Shown here one piece after another: positions 29,261 through 38,175 of a stretch of 64,000 nt of DNA; position 1 is the stretch's first letter; every line of letters begins with the position of its first letter. The translations under genes were made by a program, and so were the position numbers. This DNA is from Alphaproteobacteria bacterium (GTDB taxonomy: Bacteria; Pseudomonadota; Alphaproteobacteria; GCA-2731375). The notes below the pieces were generated by a model. The model saw nothing but the letters and a program-made list of their open reading frames with translations, made no database searches and was not told where the DNA came from. The DNA lies in NCBI GenBank assembly GCA_965232515.1, contig CBDDPY010000002.1:2016001-2080000 (forward strand). The letters run 5' to 3'.

Positions 29261-29884
29261 ATGTCGCTCGAACTCGTCACGTTAGCGCTCTTCGCCGGCG
29301 CCCTGTTCGTCAATGCCGGCTCGCCGGGTCCCAGCGTCGCGGCGCTGGTCTCGCGCGTGTTGACGCGCGGCTGGCGCGAGGTCGTGCCGTTCGCGGCGGC
29401 CATGTGGGTCGGCGAGGTCATCTGGCTCAGCGCCGCCGTGTTCGGCCTGGCAGCGCTGGCGGAAACCCTGCATTGGGCCTTTGTCGCGCTGAAGTATCTC
29501 GGCGTCGCCTATCTACTTTATCTCGCCTGGACCATGTGGTTCACGCCGGTCACGCCCGGCGGAGAGTCGCCGACGGTCGCGCGCGGTTCGGGCCTGCGCA
29601 TGTTCCTCGCCGGCCTGGCCGTGACCTTGGGCAATCCCAAGATCATGGTCTTCTATCTCGCGCTACTGCCGAACATCATCGACCTCGCGGCGTTGGGCAC
29701 GTCGGGCTGGCTCGAACTGTCGGCAACGCTGATCGTCGTGCTGGCGGCCATCGACGTGACCTACATCGCCCTCGCCGCCAAGGCCCGCCAGCTCCTGAAA
29801 CGTCCGTCCGTCGTCAGGCTCGCCAACCGCATCGGCGCGCTCTGCATGGGCGGCGCCGCCGCGACCATCGCCGCGCGGTCCTGA
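29261..29884 (+). CDS. LysE family translocator
   Basis: SPGP, LKYLGVAYLLYLA, G..VTLGNPK..VFY. Confidence 0.92.
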   Translation: MSLELVTLALFAGALFVNAGSPGPSVAALVSRVLTRGWREVVPFAAAMWVGEVIWLSAAVFGLAALAETLHWAFVALKYLGVAYLLYLAWTMWFTPVTPGGESPTVARGSGLRMFLAGLAVTLGNPKIMVFYLALLPNIIDLAALGTSGWLELSATLIVVLAAIDVTYIALAAKARQLLKRPSVVRLANRIGALCMGGAAATIAARS

Positions 29885-29896
29885 TTCGTCTTCGGG

Positions 29897-30244
29897 TCAG
29901 TCGTCCAGCGTCGCGTTCAGCACGTTCGCGAACGCGGTCGGCTCGGCAGCGAAGGTCAGCACCTGGTCCAGCGCCGACGGTCCGCCGCGCCGCGCCGCGC
30001 AGGCCTCGCCCTCACAGGTAATCGACACCGTATCGGCGGTGCAGGTGATCACCCGGCCCCATTTCGAGTCCGCGTCGTCGAACCGCCAGCCCTGGTCGAA
30101 CGCGCCGCCATGTTCGGCGCAGACCGCCTGAAACGCGGTCCGGTAGGCCGCCACCATGTCGGCGGCGGCGGCAATACTGCCCGGCGTCGTCCATACCAAT
30201 ACGGAAACCGCTATGCCCCCTCCCCATCGTCCCAAGAAGCTCAT
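29897..30244 (-). CDS. Small exported hypothetical protein
   Basis: GGAGG RBS; signal-like N-terminus; four Cys. Confidence 0.55.
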   Translation of the reverse strand: MSFLGRWGGGIAVSVLVWTTPGSIAAAADMVAAYRTAFQAVCAEHGGAFDQGWRFDDADSKWGRVITCTADTVSITCEGEACAARRGGPSALDQVLTFAAEPTAFANVLNATLDD

Positions 30245-30440
30245 GGTTAAGGTCCCTCCGTTACTCAGCCGGTCAAGACCGGTTCACCCCCGCCGGTTCG
30301 TAGACAAGCCGCCACGGTAAGGCTGCCGGCGCCACATTTCAGAACGATGTCTGCCCGCGCGCCGAAATGTTTCAATTGCTGCCGACGGAACACGGGCCGT
30401 TGGCGTCCCTGTCGCCCGCTTTCGGCGATAGGCTGTTGAG

Positions 30441-31847
30441 ATGAGTCGCACGCACGCCCCTCATATCCCGGCCGCCGCCGGCGCGGCCTATCCGTTGCGC
30501 GACGGCAATCGACTGCACCCGCTGATCGGCGGACGCGAGACCTTCCGGCGCATTTGCGCGGCGGCCGAAGCGGCGCGACACAGCATCTGGTTGACCGTCG
30601 CCTTCCTGACGCCCGACTTCCGGATGCCGGACGGTCACGGTTCGCTGTTCGATGTTCTCGACCGCGCCGTCGACCGCAGCCTCGATGTCCGCGCGCTGTT
30701 CTGGCGCCTCAATCCCGAAACGGCGGAACACGGACCGACCGTGTTCTCCGGCACGCCCGAACAACGCGCCATGCTCGCCGCACGGGGCTCGCGCTTCCGC
30801 GCCCGCTGGGACCGCGCCTTCCGCGGCTATGCCCAGCACGCCAAGAGCTGGCTGTTCGACGCCGGCCACGACACCGAGATCGCCTTCGTCGGCGGCACGA
30901 ACCTCAACCCCCGATACCTCGTCTCGCCGCCCGACGTGATCGACGGCCAGGACCACGATCTGTATCTGGAACTCGCCGGACCGTCGGCAACCGACGTGCA
31001 CCATAACTTCGTCCAACGCTGGAACGAGGCCAGCGAGCGTAACGCGGACGACGGCGTCTGGGGCCACAACGGCGACGATGACCTCGCATTCCCGACACGC
31101 GCGGCCAAACCTCAAGGCGCCAGCAATGTGCAGATCCAGCGCACGATCCATGCGGGGCTCTACGGCAACGACCATCCAACGCCGGACGGCGATCCCTTCT
31201 TCATCGCCGGCGGCGAGCGGTCGATCTTCGAGCAATATCTTAAGGCCATTGGCACGGCCCGCCGCACCATCTACATCGAGAACCAGGCGCTCGAAGTCTT
31301 GCCGATCGTCCGCGCGCTAAATGACGCCCTCGACCGCGGCGTCACCGTCACCGCGCTGGTGCCGGCGGTGCCGGAGCCACGCTTGGCCCGGATGCGACGC
31401 AACCCGGCCCACCGGGATCTGTTCGCGGGACTGGCAGCCCTCGGGCGTCACGAACGCTTTTCGCTGCTCGGAATCGCCGCGCAGGGGCGCGACGGCGGCC
31501 GCCATCCGGTCCATGTCCATGCCAAGGTCATGCTGGTAGACGACGCCTGGGCGACCATTGGCTCCGGCAATCTGCACGCCGGCTCACTTTTCGGCGGCAC
31601 CGAAATGAACGCGTCGTTCTGGGACGCCGACGCCGTCCGCGCCCTCCGGATCGCGCTGCTGGCCAAACATCTCGGTCAAGACACCGGCCATCTCGACGAC
31701 GTCGCCGCGTACGATCTCTACCGCGATGTGGCGGCGGAAAACCGCCTGAGGCATGACGCCCGCGAAGATGCCTGGCAGGGATCGGCGTTCTCGCTCGATC
31801 CGGCGACTTACGGCCGCGATGCCGCCGTCGGCACCCAGGCGTATTGA
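30441..31847 (+). CDS. Phospholipase D family protein
   Basis: Two HKD motifs (QHAKSWLFD, VHAKVMLVD), IYIENQ, IGSGNL. Confidence 0.88.
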   Translation: MSRTHAPHIPAAAGAAYPLRDGNRLHPLIGGRETFRRICAAAEAARHSIWLTVAFLTPDFRMPDGHGSLFDVLDRAVDRSLDVRALFWRLNPETAEHGPTVFSGTPEQRAMLAARGSRFRARWDRAFRGYAQHAKSWLFDAGHDTEIAFVGGTNLNPRYLVSPPDVIDGQDHDLYLELAGPSATDVHHNFVQRWNEASERNADDGVWGHNGDDDLAFPTRAAKPQGASNVQIQRTIHAGLYGNDHPTPDGDPFFIAGGERSIFEQYLKAIGTARRTIYIENQALEVLPIVRALNDALDRGVTVTALVPAVPEPRLARMRRNPAHRDLFAGLAALGRHERFSLLGIAAQGRDGGRHPVHVHAKVMLVDDAWATIGSGNLHAGSLFGGTEMNASFWDADAVRALRIALLAKHLGQDTGHLDDVAAYDLYRDVAAENRLRHDAREDAWQGSAFSLDPATYGRDAAVGTQAY

Positions 31848-31904
31848 TTGACCGCTCATCCGCCACAATTTGCATGCAAGGGTAACCGGCAGGGGCAAGG
31901 CCAG

Positions 31905-33098
31905 ATGAATGTCCGCATGCAGGTCTGGGACAGTTTGACGCCCGAGATCGCCGCCCGGGCGCAGGCGCTGCAGCAATGGCTGATCGGCGACGCCCGGCAT
32001 ATCGACGATCCCGGCGTCATCGTCGAGGGCTTCATCCACCGCCTGATTGACGCCGGCCTGCCGCTCGACCGCCTGGCGAGCGCAATCCCGACGCTCTATG
32101 CCGTGCGCCGGGGCCTCGGCCGTCACTGGACGCGCGAGAACGGGCTCTCGACCCTCGAATTCCCATGGGACAACGTCACCGGCTACGAGGCCAGCCCCTA
32201 CTACGAGGCGCACGAGACCCGCGACTGGGTCTCCTTTCGACTGAACGAAACGCCGGACGACGCCTATGGCGTCGTGCCCGAGCTGCGCGCCGGCGGCTAT
32301 ACGCACTATCTCTGCATGCCGGTCTTCTTCCGCGACGGCACCTTCGGCGGCATGACCTTCGCCACCCGTCACCCAGACGGCTTCAGCCCGTCGAATCTCG
32401 CCTTCCTACGCGCCATCGAGGACGCGGTCGCCATCGTGCTGGAGCTCAACCGCGTTTGGCTGCTGCTGCACGAGACACTGAAGATGTACGTCGGTGACGA
32501 GCCGCAGGCCCGCATCCTGTCGGGCCAGGTCCAGCGCGGCGACGTCGTGCGCATCCGCTCGGCCATCGTCTTCGCCGACATGCGCGGCTTCACGGCGCTG
32601 TCGGGCAAGATGACCAGCGAGGAGACGGTGGCGCTCCTGAACCGCTTCTTCGACTGCGTGGTGCCGCCGATTGAGGCCGCGGCGGGCGACGTCTTGAAAT
32701 ACATCGGCGACGGCGTGCTGGCGATCTTCCGTGCCGAGGAAGACGAGCAGGCCGCCTGCGCCAAGGCGATGGCGGCGGCACGCGCGGTCCTCCAGCGCGT
32801 GCGCGATGATCGCGCCGCTGCTAGCCCGTCCGTGCGTTTCGACATCAAGATCGCGCTGCATTTCGGCGAGGTCGCCTACGGCAATATCGGCTCGGGCGCC
32901 CGGCTCGACTACACTGTCGTCGGCGGCAGTGTGAACCTCGCCAGCCGCCTCGCCGATCTAGCCGGCCGTCTCGAACACCGGATCCTGGTGTCGGCCGACT
33001 TCGCCGAGCGCCTGTCGAGCCACGAATTCGAGGCGCTCGGCGCGCATGAACTGCGCGGCGTTGCCGAACCGCAGCGCGTCTTCGCGCCGTCGGAATGA
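31905..33098 (+). CDS. Class III adenylate/guanylate cyclase with GAF-like N-terminus
   Basis: FADMRGFT, LKYIGDGVLA, LHFGEV.YGNIG...RLDYTVVG..VNLASRL. Confidence 0.92.
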   Translation: MNVRMQVWDSLTPEIAARAQALQQWLIGDARHIDDPGVIVEGFIHRLIDAGLPLDRLASAIPTLYAVRRGLGRHWTRENGLSTLEFPWDNVTGYEASPYYEAHETRDWVSFRLNETPDDAYGVVPELRAGGYTHYLCMPVFFRDGTFGGMTFATRHPDGFSPSNLAFLRAIEDAVAIVLELNRVWLLLHETLKMYVGDEPQARILSGQVQRGDVVRIRSAIVFADMRGFTALSGKMTSEETVALLNRFFDCVVPPIEAAAGDVLKYIGDGVLAIFRAEEDEQAACAKAMAAARAVLQRVRDDRAAASPSVRFDIKIALHFGEVAYGNIGSGARLDYTVVGGSVNLASRLADLAGRLEHRILVSADFAERLSSHEFEALGAHELRGVAEPQRVFAPSE

Positions 33099-33163
33099 GG
33101 CTCGGCTAAAATGCAACGCATTTGAGTTGAATCAGAACTTCGCCGCCGCGAACCGATATCGCC

Positions 33164-33235
33164 TGCTTCGAGACGCGGCTTCGCCGCTCCTCAGCATGAG
33201 GTCGTGCCTTTATATCAAACACAAACCTCATCCTG
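33164..33235. repeat. REP-like palindromic element (family C), left part, interrupted by IS
   Basis: TGCTTCGAGACG..CTCCTCAGCATGAGG..CAAACCTCATCCTG; continues at 34411; intact copy at 62015-62130. Confidence 0.85.
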
Positions 33236-34410
33236 GAGACCTTTGCACGGTAGGTGTTGTTTGTCGCTATGTTCGAGCTTGGCGCTGGGTTGTTAGCGGC
33301 GATCGCGCCTGTTTTCGAGCCGCTGACCGGCTTGAGGCCTGTTTGCTGTCGATGAGGTCGATATCGAGCGGCCTCAAGTTGCGCAGAGGACGGCGAGGCG
33401 TCGCAGGTTGTAGGCGAAACAGGCGAGCGTGACGGTGACTTCGTTGCGTGCTTGGCTGAAATGCGGCAGGCGGCTGAGGCGGTAGCTTCGTTTGAGGGTG
33501 CCGAAGATCTTCTCGACCGGTCGGCGCCGGGCCACCAGCCGGTGGTTCCGGGCGGTCTCTTCGGCGTTGAGCGGCCTGCCTTTACGGGCATGGCGCATGA
33601 CCCCGTCGGCGATGCCGAGCGCCGCCAGATGATCGCGCAGGCGCCGGGCGTCATAACCACGGTCGGCATAGACGGCCTGCTCGTCGCCCTGAACCAAATC
33701 GGCGGCAAAGTCGATCTCCTGGCGATTGGCCGGCGTCAGAAACAGGCCGCGGATCAGCGCCGAGCCCTGATCCACGGCCACATGCAGCTTGTAGCCAAAG
33801 CTATAGCGCCGGCGCTCGTTGTTGGTGCCAAAGCGCGCATCCGGATCGGTCCGGCTGGTCCGGCCTTCCTTGATCCGAGGCCGCCGCGCCGCGCTGCTCA
33901 CCAGGCTGGCATCAATCAACGTGCCTTGTTTGAGCACGACCTGGTGCGCTTCGAGCTGACGCGACAACTCCCCCATCAGCGCCTCAAGACGCGCCGCCCC
34001 GCGTAGACGGTCCCGGAAACGGTGGATCGTCGAGTGATCGGGAACCGGATCGCTCAGGCTCAGACCGACAAACCGACGGAACGAGATCCGGTCCGCCAAC
34101 GCCTCCTCCATCATCGGATCCGACAGATTGTACCAGCGCTGCAACAGCAGCACCTTGAACATGATCAGCGCCGGATAAGACGGCTCGCCCCGACGCGACG
34201 GATAAAGCCCCTCCAGCAGCGCCTCAAACGGCCGCCAGTCCACAAGATCATTGATCTTCGACAGCCGATCGAACCGAGCGCCAAGCCGCGCCTCGACAAC
34301 CGCGTCCTCAAACCCCAGCTGACCAACACGCTTGCGAGACATCTCAAACCCTCACCGACAGCCCCTATACCGTCAGTGAATCACGCTTCCCAAAACCGTG
34401 CAAAGGTCTC
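33236..34410 (-). mobile_element. Complete IS5-family insertion sequence (1175 bp)
   Basis: Perfect 16-bp terminal IRs GAGACCTTTGCACGGT / ACCGTGCAAAGGTCTC; 7-bp target duplication CATCCTG at 33229-33235 and 34411-34417. Confidence 0.95.
33374..34342 (-). CDS. IS5-family DDE transposase
   Basis: LLQRWYNLSD...E...DRISFRRF.GL, PDHSTI.RFR, IDAS, DPDAR, GYKLH, ADRGY, R..VEKIFG.LK. Confidence 0.95.
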   Translation of the reverse strand: MSRKRVGQLGFEDAVVEARLGARFDRLSKINDLVDWRPFEALLEGLYPSRRGEPSYPALIMFKVLLLQRWYNLSDPMMEEALADRISFRRFVGLSLSDPVPDHSTIHRFRDRLRGAARLEALMGELSRQLEAHQVVLKQGTLIDASLVSSAARRPRIKEGRTSRTDPDARFGTNNERRRYSFGYKLHVAVDQGSALIRGLFLTPANRQEIDFAADLVQGDEQAVYADRGYDARRLRDHLAALGIADGVMRHARKGRPLNAEETARNHRLVARRRPVEKIFGTLKRSYRLSRLPHFSQARNEVTVTLACFAYNLRRLAVLCAT

Positions 34411-34459
34411 CATCCTGAGGAGCGCCCGAAAGGGTGCGTCTCGAAGGATTAGCCATCAG
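34411..34459. repeat. REP-like element (family C), right part
   Basis: CATCCTGAGGAGCGCCCGAAAGGGTGCGTCTCGAAGGATTAGCCATCAG matches 62082-62130. Confidence 0.85.
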
Positions 34460-34511
34460 TTGCCGATGTCGTCAAACCAAAGGCATCGCTGCGCTGTCTG
34501 CGCCGGCGACT

Positions 34512-35141
34512 CTAGGCCACGGCCGCCCGGCGGCTTGCCCGCATCAGCATGAGCTCGACCACGACGATGTTGGGCAGCCAGCAGGAGAAGCTCAGGAACG
34601 CCGAGACCTGGTCGTAGTCGAGCCCGAAGACGGCCTCGAAGACGACGAGCTGCAGGCGCAGCGTGATCGCCGCGGCGGTCAGTGCATAGGACCGCCACAT
34701 CCAGCGCCGGTGCAGATCGAACCGGCGGTGCCTGGCATGGCACCAGCCCGTTAACGTCGCGCCGAGCCAGGCCACCGCCAGCGCCGAAAACCCCGCCGTC
34801 GCGACCCAGCCGCTTTCCACGTCGCCGGCGATCCACAGCGCGCTCAATGCGCCGGCCGCACAGGACACGACGTAGGCGCGTCCCGACCAGCGATGCGCGC
34901 CCGGCCAGCGCCGCCGCAACCCGGACAGCAATTGCAGGGCGCCCAGCATCAGCGCCAGCGCCGAGGCCGTCGCATGGGCGATGAAGATCCAGCCGTTCGT
35001 CGCGAACGACGCCCGCATCGATGGCGGCGCCATCTCGGCATCGCCCGAGAGATACCGCAGCGACGCCAGCCCGATCCCGAAGGCCAGGATCAGCAGCAGC
35101 GCCATTGGCGCATGTCGGGTCACATCCGCGTACGAACGCAT
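34512..35141 (-). CDS. DUF2306 membrane protein
   Basis: HRWSGRAY, HRRWMWRSYAL..AAITLR. Confidence 0.85.
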   Translation of the reverse strand: MRSYADVTRHAPMALLLILAFGIGLASLRYLSGDAEMAPPSMRASFATNGWIFIAHATASALALMLGALQLLSGLRRRWPGAHRWSGRAYVVSCAAGALSALWIAGDVESGWVATAGFSALAVAWLGATLTGWCHARHRRFDLHRRWMWRSYALTAAAITLRLQLVVFEAVFGLDYDQVSAFLSFSCWLPNIVVVELMLMRASRRAAVA

Positions 35142-35166
35142 GTCGAACCTCCATCCCTTGTACGCG

Positions 35167-35979
35167 CTAGAAGCGGTAGGAGATCGCCAGGCCCGCGAAG
35201 AACTGATCGGCCGAGCCCTCGTCATCGACAACAGGGCTGTCGGCGGCGTCGCCGATCAGACGGGTATAGGCGACGCGGCCGAAGGCGCCCCAGCGTTCGG
35301 AAAAGTTGTAGCTGAGGGTCGCGCCGACGCCGACATCCTTGAAGCCGGCGTCCGCATCGAACACCGGCAGCCCGCTGCGCCCCGCGTCAACCGCATCGAT
35401 GCCGAAATAGGTCTGCATGTAGTCGTCGGTCGCATAGGTGGCGCCGGTATCGAGCCCCACCCGCCAGCGCTCGCCGAAGGTCATGGCGTAGCCCAGGCTC
35501 AGGCCGGCGGTCAGGCCCTCGTGCGCGTCGCCGACATCGGCCAACACCTCGACGCCCAGCTCCAGCTCGTCGCCGGACCGGAACAGATCGTCGAGGACGT
35601 AGCGAAAGAAACCGCCGACCTCGACGGCGTCGTCGATATCGGACAGTTCGTCGACGGTGTCGTTCGAGACGTCGTCGCGGCCGGGACGGAAGCTCACGAC
35701 CGGCCCGAACTGGAATGCAGCGTCGGGCCGCACGTTCAACCGCGCGGTCAGCCCCTGGAACTCGAATCCCAGATCGAAGGCCTCGATCTGACCGATGATC
35801 AGCGGCACCGGCTCGTAGTCGGACGACCCCTCGTAGTCCGGCGTGACGCCGACGCCGGCGGCGATAAAGCCGCTGACGCCGTTGCCGCGTTCGTCCGCCG
35901 GCGACGGCGCGGGCAGCAGCAGGGATCCGGAAACGACAAGGAGGGTGGCGGGAAACAAGGACGATGACGATAGGGGCAC
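35167..35979 (-). CDS. MipA/OmpV family outer membrane protein
   Basis: PDYEGSSDY, YMQTYFG, RL.GDAADSP.V, C-terminal SYRF. Confidence 0.9.
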   Translation of the reverse strand: MPLSSSSLFPATLLVVSGSLLLPAPSPADERGNGVSGFIAAGVGVTPDYEGSSDYEPVPLIIGQIEAFDLGFEFQGLTARLNVRPDAAFQFGPVVSFRPGRDDVSNDTVDELSDIDDAVEVGGFFRYVLDDLFRSGDELELGVEVLADVGDAHEGLTAGLSLGYAMTFGERWRVGLDTGATYATDDYMQTYFGIDAVDAGRSGLPVFDADAGFKDVGVGATLSYNFSERWGAFGRVAYTRLIGDAADSPVVDDEGSADQFFAGLAISYRF

Positions 35980-36283
35980 GCTCTGATCTCTCCGACTGGG
36001 ACAACACCAATGCTTTGCCGCCCCGGCCCCGCGGGCCGCCCCTTACCGGGCGCGTGGTCAACCACGAATGCGGCCGGATTGTGAGCAACTGTTCTGGTTC
36101 GGTAAACTCGCGTTCGGCGGGCGTTGGAACCGTTCAAAAAACGTCCTGCAGGTCGATGAAATTCCAGGCAAAACAGACAAATCTGAACTTCGCCGACACC
36201 GCAAAATAGTATGGGCATTCAGGTTTTGTCGCTGAAAACCGACTTCGCAGGGTCGACATCGGCGTCGTCGGCATGCCAATAAC

Positions 36284-36922
36284 ATGAGTATGCGCTCAGG
36301 TAAGAAGACCCCCTCCAAATCCGCCCGCGCCCGGCGGACGCCGCGACAGCAGCGGTCGCGCGCCATGGTGGACGACATCGTCGAGGCGACCTGGAAGGTG
36401 TTGGCCGAGGAAGGCTATGCCGCGGCCAGCACCAACCGCATCGCCGAGCGCGCCGGCACAAGCGTCGGCTCGCTCTATCAGTATTTCCCCAACAAAGACG
36501 CCATCGTCGCCGCCGTGCAGCGCCGGCATCACGCCGATATCGCCGCCGTCATGGCCGCCGCCTTCGCCGAGGCCGCTGGCCAGCCGCTCGACGTCGCGAC
36601 GCGCGTGCTCGTCCGCGCCAGTCTCGACGCCCACCGGGTCGACCCCGAGCTGCACCGCACGCTGGCCGAGCGGGTGCCCGCGTCCGTCAATCCGGAAACG
36701 AAGGCGTCGCTGACGGACGGCATCCAGGCCCAGATCCGCGTCTGGCTCGAAGGCCACGCGCACGAGCTCGCGGTCACCGACCTCGACACCGCCGCCTTCA
36801 TCATCTTTCACCTGGTCGAAGCCGTGTCGCACGCCGCCATCCTCGACCAGCGCGAGACGCCGACGCCGGTCCAGGTGGAAGACGAACTCACCGCAACGGT
36901 CCTCAGATACCTGATCGGCTGA
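36284..36922 (+). CDS. TetR family regulator
   Basis: RRTPRQQRSR, STNRIAERAG.SVGSLYQYFPNK. Confidence 0.92.
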   Translation: MSMRSGKKTPSKSARARRTPRQQRSRAMVDDIVEATWKVLAEEGYAAASTNRIAERAGTSVGSLYQYFPNKDAIVAAVQRRHHADIAAVMAAAFAEAAGQPLDVATRVLVRASLDAHRVDPELHRTLAERVPASVNPETKASLTDGIQAQIRVWLEGHAHELAVTDLDTAAFIIFHLVEAVSHAAILDQRETPTPVQVEDELTATVLRYLIG

Positions 36923-36999
36923 TCCGATCGCCGCGCGATCATTCCCGATTTGCCCGCCTCGACTTGGTCGTGACGCACCGCCCACCTAACATAACGGCG

Positions 37000-37371
37000 A
37001 TGGACATCTTCACGGTTCTACTTTGGGGTGGATGGCTGGTGGTCATGGCCACGCCTTTTGCCATGCTCTACCTGTTTTTCTTCGGCGCGACCGACGAGGA
37101 CCGGGCGCGTCGGAAGGCCGTCGGTCTGCTCCACAAGGCGTGCGTTCGCCGCAGGGGAAGAATAGCGCGGCATGGCATGCGGATGGACGTCACCCGCGCC
37201 GACGCCTGGAACGAACTCCCCTGGATCGCCGTAGACCCGACGCTGCTCAGAGACATTGCCGAAAAAACGCCCGCGGCCAACTGGTACAAACTGGAAATCC
37301 CCTGCGTCGAGGACATCACGCCGCCGCGATGTGAAACGCAGCCCTGGCATTACTATCACTGGTATTGGTGA
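37000..37371 (+). CDS. Hypothetical membrane-anchored protein
   Basis: N-terminal hydrophobic helix; occupies the intergenic space on the plus strand. Confidence 0.5.
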   Translation: MDIFTVLLWGGWLVVMATPFAMLYLFFFGATDEDRARRKAVGLLHKACVRRRGRIARHGMRMDVTRADAWNELPWIAVDPTLLRDIAEKTPAANWYKLEIPCVEDITPPRCETQPWHYYHWYW

Positions 37372-37502
37372 GGGCAATCGCGGGGCCGTTCGTCGCCGGC
37401 CGATAAAGGGCCGACAACCGCCGTTCCGCACCGCGTTCCCCGGCACCACGGACAGACCGCCACGCCCAATCCCTTTGACTCCGCGTGCGCCGGATGGGAA
37501 CA

Positions 37503-38171
37503 ATGCCGGTCATGCGGAGGTCCCGACTCGCACGCGGGTTCGCGCGGCTCGTCGTCGCCGCGACGCTGCTGCTCGCGGCACCGGTCGCGGCGGCATCGCT
37601 GACCATCGACGGCGTCACCTTCACCGAAGTCTCCGACAACGTCCGCATCGTCAACGTCACCGGCCGCGGCACCATCGACGATCCGTTCGTCCTGGTCGAG
37701 GAGATCGTCGCCGCCGGCGACGCCATCATCGGCATCAAGGTCAACAGCGTCGAGTTCGGCAGCCGCGTCGGCACCTTCCACTTCGTCGGCTTCGCGCTGA
37801 CCAAGGTGGTGACCAACCGCACCAAGAGCGCCTGGAACTTCTTCAACATGGAGCTCGAGACCAAGGTCGGTCAGGCGAGCGACTATTACGACGGCCTGTC
37901 GTTCGCCCAGGAGGCCAAGGCCAACCGGCCGTTCCGCTCCGACACCTTCGCCCATGTCGACGACATCCTCGAGCCGCGCGACGCACTGCGTTTCTCGGTC
38001 GGCCGCGTCGAGCCGAACGAGACCGCCGCGTTCCGCTTCGCCATCACCCACACCGGCCCGACGCCGACGTTTTTTCTGGTACAACACGAACGCAAACCGG
38101 TCGCCGGCCTGGACGATCCGCCAAGGTTGACCGAACTGACATTGAATGGGGTCCGAATCATTGAGGACTGA
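37503..38171 (+). CDS. Exported hypothetical protein
   Basis: Signal peptide ending PVAAA; beta-rich body with YDGLSF; strong coding codon bias. Confidence 0.7.
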   Translation: MPVMRRSRLARGFARLVVAATLLLAAPVAAASLTIDGVTFTEVSDNVRIVNVTGRGTIDDPFVLVEEIVAAGDAIIGIKVNSVEFGSRVGTFHFVGFALTKVVTNRTKSAWNFFNMELETKVGQASDYYDGLSFAQEAKANRPFRSDTFAHVDDILEPRDALRFSVGRVEPNETAAFRFAITHTGPTPTFFLVQHERKPVAGLDDPPRLTELTLNGVRIIED

Positions 38172-38175
38172 GACG

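Noticed and set aside
30441-33098. PLD plus cyclase as a CBASS/Pycsar-like defence pair
   Set aside because: Native GC content; the cyclase has the ordinary adenylate-cyclase motifs with a GAF-like input and the PLD is a two-HKD lipid-type enzyme; adjacency alone is not enough
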